NCBI GenBank assembly: GCA_050273025.1
Contig: CP158636.1
Span: forward strand, 124,001-188,000
Length of the DNA stretch: 64,000 nt
Direction of reading: 5' to 3'
Source: Cenococcum geophilum
Taxonomy: Eukaryota
Shown: piece by piece, positions 25,601 through 38,737 of the stretch
How positions within the stretch are numbered: the stretch's first letter is position 1
Layout of the letters: each line of letters opens with the position of its first letter
Program-made: the position numbers and the translations under genes
The notes under the pieces: model-generated
The model's database searches: none
What the model saw: the letters and a program-made list of their open reading frames with translations, nothing else
What the model was told of the DNA's origin: nothing

Positions 25601-26760
25601 CCTTAAAAGCCCCCTAGCAGTCAACATTGCGGAGGTCCGCTGGCTTTATTATTTTAGTACTGCTTAGTACGTCTAGAAGTGGTGTTTCTCTATTATACTA
25701 CCCGTAGATAATAGTAGTAATCTACTATAAAGAAGAACACTTGGAATGTACGTCGGGGCGTTAGTAGTGCTGTTAGTGTAATTAATCTGCCTCTTTATGC
25801 TATTTATAGGTACAGCCTTAAAAACTCTAAAGTTATTTAGCAAGCTTAAAAGCCGTCCGCTTTATTGGTTCTAGGGGTACTATTATAGCTAAAGTTGGGG
25901 CTGTAACGGGCGGAGCGGTAGCTTATATGGGAGAGACTATAGGCAGGATAGAAGCCGTCGGTAGTGTTCCTTAACTTATAGGTTAGGTAGGTGTAGGTGG
26001 AACTATTTCTTCAGCCGAATAAAGATATAAAGATAAAGCAGTGCTTGGAGATCTTTGGATAACTGGCGAGGTTGGCGTATTATACATAGGTGCTCTTACT
26101 AGTAAAGATTTCATCCAGAATAAGAGATTATTGGTTTAAGCCGGGAACGACTTACTTTGTTTAGTAAGACTTCCATTTAATAATTATAGGGAAGGTAAGC
26201 TGCGCTGGTTTAGTGTCTACGATAGGGTTCTTGCTTTTTATAATTTTTAGGTATCTACTGATTTGTTTAAAGCACGTAAAGCACCAACGCTATTATTATC
26301 TAACAATATTAGTTTATCTATAGAAGCAGCTTTTGAAAAAGAACGCCGTGACCCTCTTTCGCTAGCCCTTTTTGCTCCAGCGGTAATTCCTAACCCTTTT
26401 ATTGCCTATAAGCCTGATATCACCAAATTGCCGGGTATGCTAGCTTTATTTACATCATCTAGTTACGGTATAATTTTAGCGGTCATTGCATGCATTTCAT
26501 TTAGCCGTTAGGAAACTTCCGCCTTATATTCTTCCTATTCAGCATTATATTTCTCCTTATCTATTTATACCTGCTAGATCTGCTTAGTAAGGTTAGTATT
26601 TAATTCACTCTCGCTTTCGCTCTCGCTTAGTTATATATAGTTTGGTTATAGGGATTAGGGAATATCGCCTTATTAAGTATCGCCTTATCGAGTATTGCTA
26701 TTTTAAGGAATTTAAATATTGAGGCTTATTTAAAGGCCGGTTTAGGGGGTTTCTGCTAGA
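22620..26760 (-). pseudogene. Large RIP-degraded gene resembling an uncharacterised ascomycete protein family
   Basis: Continuous minus-strand reading: VIF(D)I(D)SICCFPSSLGI; YVPL(H)KIP(H)YYFG; LQHYPAS; LFINGKNTK; TFIDL.KQ; GLIYS(Q)FYS..K.PF(D); NFALDPGY; LDFLF..DDE.KRTG(W)GSKPYR; acidic C-terminus. The part above ~25.7 kb may be a separate gene. Family resemblance is from memory, not searched. Confidence 0.65.
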
Positions 26761-26959
26761 ATATTTTAATAGAGTAAAGGTTTATATGTAATGAAATCTG
26801 CTAGTCCCTAAGGTTAGAGGTTTCGTTAATATCGTTATTAATTACTTTACTTTTTAGCTTTTGCTGCGTCTTAAGGAGTTAGGTATTTCCTTAGCCTACC
26901 ACCAAGCTTTTTTAAATAATTTTAGGGATTTATTGTAAAATAGTTTGCAGTAGTACTAT

Positions 26960-28575
26960 AGCGGTAGTTCGTAGCTAGTCTAACTAGTATTTTAAAAAAA
27001 CCCTAAACTGGTTAGCGTAATAAGGCCGCCTACCTATAGATGTAACAGAGTTTATTTAGGTCGGCAGAATTTAGTAGAATTTAATTTAAGCATTGGATTT
27101 TATCTAAGAATGACATCTTATGTTAAGTTCTTACTGTAGCAGTGGTTCGTAGCTGGCCTGACTGGTATTCTAAAAAAACCCTAAACTGGTTAGCGTAATA
27201 AGGCCGCCTACCTATAGATGTGATAGAGTTTGTTTAGGTCGGCAGAATTTAGCAGAATTTAATTAAAGCGCGGATTTTATCTAAGAATGATATCTTATGT
27301 CAAGTTCTTGCTGTAGTAGCACTGTAGTAGTGGTTCGTAGCTAGCCCGACTAGTATTACGGCACTGGCAGAATTTAGTAGAACGTGGCAGAACTTAGTAG
27401 ATAGTAGAACTGTTACAGTACTAGCAGATTACTGTAAATTGCGGTTATATGACTTTAGTATATTGATATGCTAAAAAAGCCAATTGTTACGGGCTGACAG
27501 AAAAACAGTAGATTACGGCAGATATACGATTAGATTATATAAAATCTCTACTTTAAGCAGCATTGTTATTCTTCTCCTTTCCTTTCTATAGCTTTAGATC
27601 CTCGTTTATAGACAATCCAATTATATAGGCTTGTATATATCTTTCTTACTATGCTCGTGTCTTAATTAACCAAGTTGCTAATAACTGGCATTCTAAAAAA
27701 ACCCTAAACAGGTTAGTGTAGCGAGGCTGCTTACCTATAGTTAAATATTTGTATATAATAGAGTTCGATTATATTAAGAATTAATCTTCTAGTGGCGTAA
27801 GGCGGCTAGTAAACTAGCCTTCCCTAGATAGATAAATTAAGTTAAAATATTATATTTTAATATTTTGGCATATTAACATGCTAAAAGGTAGTTAGGTATT
27901 GGTAGCAGAATTAAGCATTATATTTTAACAGACTGGGTCGGCAGAATTTAGCAGAATTTAATTAAAGCGTTGGATTTTATTTGAGAATAATATCTTATAT
28001 TAAGTGTTTTATAGTAGTGGTTTATAATAGTAGTTTATAGTTAGTCTAACCGGTATTCTAAAAAAACCCTAAATTAGTTAGCGTAACGAGGCCGCCTACC
28101 TGCATATGCGATAGAGTTCAATTAGGTTAGTAGAATTCGGCAGAATTTAATTAAAGCGTCGGATTTCATCTAAGAATGATATCTTATATTAAGTTCTTAC
28201 TGTAGTAGTACTGTAGCGGTGGTTTATAGCTAGCCTAACCGGTATTCTAAAAAAACCCTAAATTGGTTAGCGTAATGAGGCCGCCTACCTACATATGCGA
28301 TAGAGTTTGATTGGGTTAGTAGAATTCGGTAGAATTTAATTTAAGCGTTGGATTTCATCTAAGAATGACATCTTATGTTAAGTTCTTACTGTAGTAGTAC
28401 TATAGCAGTGGTTCGTAGCTGGCCTAACTGGCATTCTAAAAAAACCCTAAACCGGTTAGCGTACTAAGGTCGCCTACCTACAGATACAACAGAGTTTGAT
28501 TAGGTTGGCAGAATTTAGCAGAATTTAATTAAAGCGTTGGATTTTATTTAAGAATGACATCTTATATTAAGTGTT
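26960..28575 (+). repeat. ~180-190-bp tandem satellite (~6 units), interrupted by an LTR
   Basis: The unit GTGGTTCGTAGCTGGCC..TTCTAAAAAAACCCTAAA..GGCAGAATTTAGCAGAATT..AAGAATGACATCTTATG recurs at about 26965, 27142, 27330, 28032, 28219 and 28408. Confidence 0.92.
27354..27683 (+). mobile_element. Mosaic solo LTR (40321-48849 LTR family) inserted in the satellite
   Basis: Starts TATTACGGCACTGGCAGAA and ends AAGTTGCTAATA. TSD ACTAG/ACTGG at 27349-27353 and 27684-27688. Confidence 0.8.
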
Positions 28576-29149
28576 TCACCGAGACATTCTTACTATAACT
28601 AGGCTTATCGCGTTATATAGTTTGCTGCTCTCTAGGGCATAGTATACAGTAGATAGGCGTAGGAGGCCTATTATATGGCCGCTGCTTAGTAATATATAGT
28701 AACAATCTAGGACTTACTTCTGTAATAAAAAAAATACCTAGTGTAGTGCCTTATAAAGGTGTTGGAGGTTTATTAAACTTAATTCTAAAAAAACCCTAAT
28801 TTAGATAGGTTGTAATTGCGACCGGCCTTACCAAATTAGGAAGGACACACTAGAATATATATCTTTAATTAACCATATCTTCCACCATAACGCCTATATT
28901 ACAATTTAGATAAGCGTAGTAGTAGTTTTAAGTTATTCTAGATCTTTAAATACCCGAAACTCCTAAATTTATTTCTAACCTTTACCTACTATTTAACCTT
29001 CAATTACCCTTATCCCCCTACCCTTATTACTATCCCCATTACCCCCCTATCCTATACCTTTAATTCTTATCCCTATCACTACCCAATTTACTACTTTTTC
29101 CCTCTTTCTCCCTTCTTACTCTCCTCGTCCCGGTTACCACTACCGTCTT

Positions 29150-29308
29150 AGTTACCCCATCCCAATTACCCCGTCCTAATTACCCCGTCCTAATTACCTC
29201 GTCCTGGTTACCCCGTCCCGATTACCTTATCCTAGTTACCCTGTCTTAGTTACCTCGTCCTAGTTACCCTGTCCTAATTACCCTGTCCTAGTTACCCCAT
29301 CCTAATTA
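29150..29308 (+). repeat. 14-bp minisatellite (GTTACCCCGTCCTA)n
   Basis: About 11 tandem units visible. Confidence 0.9.
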
Positions 29309-32300
29309 ATATTATTTTACTTACTATTACTATTTAAATTACTACTAAATACTACTATTCTATAAATATATACCTATAATGGCCATTTTTCGGAAGCCTT
29401 CCGAAAATATCCCCTATTATCCTATAGCTGTTTCCTTATAACTGCTAATATATATAATATAATTATTGACCTAACTTATATTATCTTGCTACTTAACTTA
29501 CTTACTAACTCCCTATTATATACTCCTCCCTCTCCTTTCCCTAACTAATACCTATATATATATATATATATATATATTCTCTTTTCTTTATAACTTCTCC
29601 TTTTCTAACCTACTTTTTATAATTAACAGTAATCCTAATAAACTTATAAAACTTCTACATCTATAGAAAATATAATTATTAAATATTAAAAATATTAAGA
29701 AACTTTATCTTAACCGAATATACCTAAGCCTAAATTTAAAACACATTATAATATAATATATATAACTAATATATATAACATTATAAACGCCCTAGCAAAA
29801 CGTAATCTAATACTATAACTTACTAATACAATCTAACCCCACCAAAAATTCTCTTTTTTTCGCCCCTATACTATAAAAACTAACTCTACTTCTACTCCAC
29901 TTACTTAATACTTAGTAGAATGCCTCCTTATACTTCCTATATTAGAAAACCTTAATACTTAACCTATTATAAGTGTTGGAATACTAAAAGAGACCCTATA
30001 AACCTCTATAACCTTACAAAATCAATACCTGCTAATATATGGAAATAATCTCTTATAGTTTAAGAAGAGCCCCTTACTGCTAGCCTTTCACCTCCTAAAA
30101 TCTATTATCTAGTTTCTGTAAAGGAGAAGAACGGAAGACCTTTAGTTCTATTAGCTAATAACCTTATAGACATCTTTAAGACTTACACACTTAATAAGGA
30201 GAATTGTAAGAAACAGTAATATCACATCGCTGTAGAGGATGCCTTTAAAGCTTGTAGAAGAATAATAAAGACCTGACTTTAAGCACAAAACTTTTTATAC
30301 TGTAATTAGTACTAGAGTTAGAGTTAATTTAATGCTAAAATTAATCATTTCTTAATGCCGTTGTATTTTATGCCTAAAGTATTAATATCCAATTACTTTT
30401 TGCCGCCGCCCTTTCCCCTACTAATATCCTATAAGACTTAGACTATACGCGAACACTAGAATTAAAATTATCTATATAGCTATAGAGCCTTAATCCCATT
30501 AATTCTATTGCCTAGCTCTTATTAATAATCCCAGAATGAAATTTACTAGGGGAAGAGGTACTATAAAGGGGGATTTTTCGGAAGCCTTTTTAGAAATCCT
30601 TTACTTATAACCTTCTCTTCTGTAATAACCCCTTTATTATACTATAGAATCTACTATCCTATAATTCCATCTTATATAGAGTATGCTACCTACCCTATTT
30701 CTACCTCTTATTAAAATCTACCACTAGTTGCCTTTAATCTTCGTTAATGCTTCCTAAATACCCTTACTAATACTAATAGCTTCCTCTAAGTCTTTATTAG
30801 CTAGTAATGTTTATACTCCTTTATTAATTGCTAATAATAGATCTAATTGCTGACCTCCTATACCCTTATAGTGTTAGTTCTTCTCACTCGTCTATTATAA
30901 TTTAGCACTTATAAAACTAATTTACTAGATCTTAATATAAACCCTAATATATACTTCTTGTCCTATATACTATAGGACGTTAAACGGAGTTTTATACATC
31001 CCTATTAAGACCCTATATTACTTAGTACACTGCTATTATATTATAACCCTATACTAATAACGGAATTACCCGCTTCTGCAGCTCCTCAACTTCACTAACC
31101 CATGCTTTATCTTTGGCGAGTTCCTCTAGCATCCGGCTCTTAGCTTTAAGAAGTACTCCATTAACTATAAATCGACTTATAATACTCTTTATCATTAGTA
31201 CTAGCGATTTGGGCATCTATATATATTAGTATATATTAGAACCATATAATATAGCTATCTTATACCTAAAAGCATTTATTTTTATCTTAAAGGCATAAGT
31301 AATATAGTCGAGCGCTATTGGTAAGATTAAGGTCGAAGTATTTATAGCTTTCTACGCTGATAAATATACACTAGTTAGGAACACGATCAACCTAAAACGC
31401 TTTAAATGCCATCATTAAGTATGCTATACATATATTAGCGTTTAGCTTTGCCTTTAAGATTATATTATTACGTCGTTATTTAAGGATGTTAAGGAATGCC
31501 GAGTTGGGCCTTTAAGCGAGTAGGGCTGAGAGTAGTATCTATAGCATCCCAAAATTAAAATTAATAAAGGATGCTTAGAATAGAGTTAAATTTAATATTT
31601 AGGTTCTATTCCGTAACAAGCTTTTAGAAGTTTAAGATTTTAATTAAATTTTTTTTTTTTATATACTTTAGATTATATAAGCGATCCATTATATAATTTA
31701 AATCCAATTATTATCCTTTAAAACTACCTTACTGCTAATAATACTATATCGCTATATTTTATATTATACTTCTCTAAACTATATACCCTTTTTTAAAATC
31801 CCTAAATAAAAATATATATATTATAGAACTTATCTATAATACCTCTTTTTCTACTACTTTATACCTATTAATCTATTTTCTACTATTTTCTAAACTATAT
31901 TATACTAACCTATTATTAAAACTTACCTATTATATATTTTAAATATAACCACTATTTTTAGAATACTTTAGTCTAATATATACTATATTTTATTTCCTAG
32001 TATACTACCTATAGATATTTTTAGGAAGCCTTTCTAAAAACTCCCTTTAATCTATATTATATAATATATTAATCTATTATAATATACTACTATTTATTTC
32101 TACTTTATAGAGATATCTTTATTATAATATAATATATTTAATTACTCTATAAACCCAATTACCAATTTTAAATTGATATTGGATATCTCTAATACCTAAC
32201 TTAAGAAGTCCTCTATATGCAATTTAAAACTATTAACCCTATATCTAAAGAAGTAAACTTAGAGTTACTTTAACTTAAACCTATCTACTGCAGCCTCTAG

Positions 32301-32665
32301 CTCTATACTAGCCGCTTTATACTGTTTAGACTTATGCCTAAAAAGTAATATCCTAACCCCTTCTGTAAGTGCAACTATTAGCGCCGCTTTATTAACTACT
32401 ATAGTATTAGGGTAACTATTACTAAACTCCTTATAGATATTCTAATAAATATTAGTTTACTAAGCTAGTATAGCTTAGGATTAATAACTAACCATAGTAG
32501 CATTTATATAAGGTTTGGTCTTAGCTTTATTATTAATAAAGGATATAGTACTAGAGTATAATATAATTTGAGAACTGGGTCTATATTTTTAATAGACATA
32601 CTATATTAGTTATTATAATATTAGGGTTATAATATATAGTAGACTTACGTTTATATTAGAGCTAG

Positions 32666-35600
32666 TGTTATAGCTTATATAAATGAATCTGAACTAAAGC
32701 TTGTAGAATACTGTATTATAAAGATACTAAGCTAAAGAGAAGGAAAAGGGGTTGCTAGGACCGATATAAATAAATATATAGGGTAAGCCGCCAAGGCGCT
32801 AGCTTTAGGTAGGCTAATTATAGGTTGGCAGAATATAGCAGAATTTAGCAGGTAATGTGCAATAGCGCTATTATATTACCCCCCTCTTTAAAAGAAAGCC
32901 TACCCTTAGGCTTAGTTAGAAATAGGGTAGTACTAGGCTTATAAACGTAGGATTATAAAATATAAGATAAGGAGATAAAGGGGATATAAGTATGTCCAGA
33001 CTAAGTATAAAGGGCGATTATGGGCTAAGTGGAAGCACTAGGCTAAAAAGAGTAGCCGCTAAAAGTCTTAGCACGGATTTAACTAATTAGATAACTTTAA
33101 CCGGTGGTTAAAGTTCCTAGATATCTGAAATTTTACGGTACTAGTAAAAAATGGTAAAATTTGGTAAACAGCTATATTAGGGCTTTAGGGCGTTTTTATC
33201 CCTATATTCTTCTAGTAACTTATTATTTTTATTATACTAGCATTCTATTTATTTGTCTAGGTACTTTAGGGGTCTAAGCGTATTAGGGTATTAGTTATAG
33301 AATTCTTTAAGCTTTTAAGGGTAGCCTATAAAGTTCTATATAGGGTATTAGGTTAGGTTAGGATTATAGCCCTTTTATTAAATATAGTATTTTAGTGTTC
33401 CCTATACTATCTTATAGGCTAGTATTTTATTAATCTCCTATTTATTATTACCGTTTACTTAAACTAGTAGGGGAGGCTTATTCTTTTATCTAGGTAATAG
33501 GTTATTTATAGCTTTCCGTAACTTATCTAGTAAAAAGATAAAATAAACCCTAATTAAATTTAGGAGCTTTATCTTATATAAGTTACCTATCTTCTTAAAA
33601 ACCTTATATAGTTTTACTATTTAATAGTCTAGCTTATAGCTAGGTTATTTAGTTTTCTAATTCTTTATTATAACTTAGACTATATTACTAGGGACAAAAT
33701 TAGGCTCTTAATAGTGTTTATTTACCTACTATTCTATTAACCTCTAAGCTTTTTTTAGGTTCTTATAGGCTACTATTTAAGCTTCCTTTAATTATTTAGC
33801 GTACTATTAGGCCTTAGTATAGAATAGCTTCTCTTATATAATTTAGGGTTCTTTTAGCCTTTTTTAATTAAAGCTTATATAGGGTAAGTATTCTATTTCT
33901 AGCTAAATTAGGGTAAACCCTATAGAGTTATAGGGTAGGGTTGCTTACGCGTAGTCTATTAAGGGTAGTAGTTTAAACTAGTTATTCTAAAAATAGTTAA
34001 TAAAGGGCCTAAGCCTCTAGTCTAGGTACTAATTTATAATCTCTATTTAACCGTCTATTTAGGGGTAATAAGCTATAAAAAGCCTTAGCTTAATACTTAG
34101 GATTTAGGTAAACTTATTTTAAAAGGCTAATATAAACTATAGCTTATAATTAGATATAATAGTATTTAGTAATCTATAGATTTAATAGACGTAATAGATA
34201 TATAGCTAGGCTATCTCTTTAGCATTAATATTCTTATAATAGGGAATTAAAAATAGGCGTTTATTAAAGCGGTTAACTATAACTATAACTATATTATATC
34301 TATTACGGTCTTTAAGTAGTTTATAAAAGTCTATAAAAATATACTATTAAGGGCGCCCTAATATTAGGAGTGGCTTAAGTAGTTCTAGGGTCTTATCCTA
34401 TAGGATTATAGCTCTCTTATAATCTTCGCAGTTCTATATATATTAATTAATATTTATAACTATTCTTAGCTAGTAGTAGCGGTAGTTAATAATTTTATAG
34501 GTTTTATTCTTGCTAGGGTATACTATAAAAACTTAGCAATAAGCTTTATAAATTAGTTTAGTCCGTAAATTATTAACGTTAGGGACTATAAGCCGCTTTT
34601 AGTATAGGAGTAATCCTTCCTCTATTTTAAAATTAGGGTTTCCTTTTATAGCTTATTTACAAAGGGCCCTTAAGGTATTAGCTATGCGGTTTATAGTTAG
34701 AAGGCGGTTAATTAGCCCTATTAGCTTATTTAAGAACTCCTCTATTAGTACTAGCTTGTTTTACTAAAAGTTTAGCTTCTTAAGGATTTATAGATTAAGC
34801 TATTCTAGATAAAGGAGGGCGCGCGTTTAATATTAGGTCTTTAGCTTATCCTAGGGTTCTATATCTTATTCTCTTTAGGTTAAAGTATTAGCCTTAGAGT
34901 TTTACTTACTAAAATAATATATAATTATAAAGAAGAATTAGGAGAGTATTTTAGCCTACTAAGCTTATTATTTAGTAAGCTACTTTATAGTTATAAAGTA
35001 CTTTAAGGCTTTATAATCTATATATATCTTAATCCGGGAGTTTATACCTTTAAGCTCTATATACTATTAAGAGAGTAATTAAATAATAGCTAGTATTTCT
35101 TTATTATATATTTTATAGTTATACTTAACTAGGTCTATTATCTTTAAGAAGAAAGCTATAGGGTACTATTTACTATTTAGATATAACTATAATAGAATTC
35201 CCGCTATAACCCTATTAAAGGCGTCTGTTTTTAGCATTAATTTAAGGTCTAAGTTATAGTAATAAAGGATTAGGGAAGAGATAAGCTAATTCTTTATCTC
35301 TTTAAAGGCTTTTATATAGCTATTATTAAAGATAAAAGGTATATTCTTTCTAGTTAGTTATATAAGAGGTTTTGCTATAATTTTATAGTTATAAATAAAC
35401 TAGTAATAGAAGTTATAAAAGCTAAGAAAGGATTAGATTCCTTTTATTATATAAAGGGGCTTCTAGTTATAGATTACCTTTACCTTTTTAGGGTTAACCT
35501 TAATTCCTTTTATAGTTACGATAAACCTAAGGTATTTTATACGTTTTACCTTAAACTTATATTTCTTAATATTAACTTATAAGCCCGCGTTTTGTAGTCT

Positions 35601-38600
35601 CTTTAGGACCTTTTTAATATAAACTTAATGCTTAAGTTTGTTGTCTAAGTATATAAGAATGTCGTCTAGGTATACTATGCAGAATTTATTAAGGTAATTA
35701 AAAAGAACGTTATTTATATACCTTTAGTACGTAGCTAGTCCATTTATTAGTTTAAAAGGAAGAACTTTATATTTATAGGAACTATAATAGGTATAGAATA
35801 TTATTAAATCTTTAAATATAGGGTCTATTCTAATTTAGTAGAAAGCTTAGCGGATATTAAGTTTGGTAAAGATTTTTACCTAACTTAGACGTATAAGGGT
35901 CTTATTAATTAAAGGAATAGAATACTAGTCCTTTTAAGTAATAGTGTTTAGCTTTTAATAGTTAATATAAAAATAAAGGCCTTTATTAGGCTTTTTTATA
36001 AATAGGATAGGGGAAGTAAAAGGGGCTTAACTTAGCTTAATAAACCCTTTATCTAGGTTATTAATTAAGTACTACTTTATTACTTTTAGCTTATCTATTA
36101 ATTAATAATAGAGGGGGCTATAGCTTAGTAAGTTATTAGCTTCTAATTAAATCTTATAATTATATGTCTAGTAAAGGGGTAACTTATTTAAGGCCGCCTT
36201 TAAGAATATATCCTTATAGTTTATATAAATAGTAAAAAGGAGGCGTTTAACTAGTTCCTTATTAGTTTCCTTAGCTAGCCTTTCCTCTCTATTATTAATA
36301 ATTTGGTTAATTTTATATAGGCTTATTATAAAGACCTTATTATCCTTCTGGTATATATTAAAGTAAAACACTATAGCGCTAATTACAGCAATATTTATAG
36401 TAGGGGAGTTACCTAATAATAGGGGCGTATATAACTTTAGGGACTTCTAGGGTACTAGCGTTATTATTACTTCTTTTAGCTCCTATTATATCTTTTAGAG
36501 GTTATCCCTTATATTCTATTAATACGTTCTTTTCTATACTAGTTAAATCTATGCGATTTAGACGTCGTCTATATTACTATCTATTCTACTTTTATATATA
36601 AAGTCCTCTTTAAATATAGCGCTTTAGGAGAGTATCTTTATTAGTATAGAGTTCTTTCTAGCTTTATAGTAGGCGTTTTTTTAAGTAAAGGCTAGGTTAC
36701 GGGCCTAGACATCCTACTAGTAAATAGAGTTAGCCCTTACGGCTAGTATCTTACGGTTAGTTTAGATCTCCCTAATAAAGAAGGGTAACTTTAGTTTATC
36801 CTCTAGCTAGATAAACTGTCTTTATTATACGTTTAACTAAATATTAAAATAGGATATCTATTTTCGTCTAAGGATTATATTATAGGACTCTAGGTTTAGA
36901 ATATAAAAGGGGATACTATATTAGCGTTATCTATTAAAAGTAATATATAACTTTAAAATGTAGGTAATAGGCTAACTAGCTTAGCCGTTATAGCCTTTTA
37001 TCTAAATAGGCTTCTCTAGTCGGATAGCTTCTATATTTAGAAACTTAGTAATATTATTTATATAGGCAGTATTTATAAAGGCGAAGCTATTTGCTTTAGT
37101 ATTAATAAGGGCAGTTATATTAACTCTATATCTATTTTAAGATACTATATATAGAACTATAAAATGCTTTCTACCTATTAACTAACTAAGATTAATCTCT
37201 TTAAGATTAATAGGGTACCCTAGGGGGGAGTTTTTCCCTAGGGTTTTTCTTTTCCTAACTTATTTAACGTTTCTCCTTCCTCTATCTCTTTAATATCGCC
37301 TATATCCTTTAGCTCCGGGTAGGATAAAGTAAAGTAACCCTATTTATTGCAGTTATAGTATATAGCCAAGGTAGGGTTAATTAGAGTATTATAGTGAATA
37401 CTAGTTAATAATATGGTATATAACTAATTAGGCGAGGCTTACTAATATATAATTATAACCGCCTTTAGTATAAGAGTAATTATAACTTATTTTTCTACTT
37501 TAGCTCTTATAGGTATAACTAGTAAGTTTTAATTATTATAGAGTCGCTTTTACTAATTAGGGCGGGTGTTAATCCGCTTTAGTTTTAAGTTTAATAATAG
37601 ATAACAAGCTATAAGTCTTTTATAGGTTAGCAGGTTATTTAAGGCTATAGCAATCTTTTCTTATAGCTAGATTATTAGCTTATTATATAGGTCTAATTAA
37701 TAGTTCTTAAGGGGAACCTAGCCTTCTTCTATAAGGTATAGGAATTAAGTCTAAAATTTAATAAAGGGTTAGTTTAGTTTTATTATTAGGCGATTATAGT
37801 TATAACGGGCATCCTATACTTTATTTAGGTTAATATAAATAGCCGCTAGGTGCTATATTATCTTATTAATAGATATAAATTAGATAAGGAAGTTATCCTT
37901 AAACTTAGCTTAAAGGTGCCGTTAGGCGTCCCTAGTAGTTCGACTAAAGAGGTAAAGCATTTTAGCTTCTTTAAAAAGGAAATAGTTATAGTTAATACGG
38001 AGCTTTTTTTATACTTAAATCCTCTAATTCTTAAAGGTAGGGTTTATCCTATTAGATAGTAGTAGGGGGTTAAAAAGCCTAACAGACTTTAATTACTTTG
38101 TTATTATATCTATACTCCCTAATATATTATATTTAGTAAAGTAAATAGGTTAGTTAAGGCTTTAAAAAGGGGAAGCTAGGCTATTTTATAGGGCCGTAAG
38201 GCTTTCTAGGATCTCTTATAGGGTCTCTTATATATTTCTTACTTTAAGACAATTAGCTTCCTAGCTAGCTATAAGGGCGCGAATCTACTCGCGTATATTT
38301 ATAATATTATTATTATCTTTAATTTCTAATCCTAATTAGATCTTAGGTTCCTCTTAGGTAAAAGTAGCTCTCTTAAATAAGCTTACTTTAGGTGCTATTA
38401 TTAGCTTCTTAAGGTTTGTTAGTATTATACGCTTTAATTTTAATTCTAGGGGTATAGGTCTAGTCCTATCTAGTTTATAAGGTAGGATATTATCTAGGCC
38501 TTCCTAGGTAAAATAGGGTAAGCTTAGTATAATATTATAGCTTATATAAATACCTCTAAACTAAAGCTTATAAAATGCTATATTACAAAAATACTAAGCT

Positions 38601-38737
38601 AAAAAAAAAGGGGTTATTAGGACTAATATAAATAAATATATAGGGTAAGCCGCTAAGGCGCTAGCTTTAGGCGGGCTAATTATAGGTTAGCAAAATATAG
38701 CAAAATTTAGTAGATAATATGCAATAGCGCCGTTACA
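32666..38737 (-). mobile_element. Full-length Ty3/Gypsy chromovirus-type LTR retrotransposon, heavily RIP-mutated
   Basis: LTRs 32666-32875 and 38533-38737; TSD GCTAG; polypurine tract at 32876-32890 (minus). Minus-strand CIVYLDDILIY at ~35650-35682; gag zinc-knuckle remnant ~37310-37350; integrase; chromodomain ~33290-33440. Confidence 0.95.

Noticed and set aside
26990..28800. Telomeric repeats (AAACCCTAA)
   Set aside because: Only one CCCTAA per ~190-bp unit, not a tandem telomere tract.
29600..32660. Genes in the very AT-rich stretch before the first Gypsy (also 38743-40315 and 61700-62640)
   Set aside because: Coding-like patches exist but are too degraded to support boundaries or a product.
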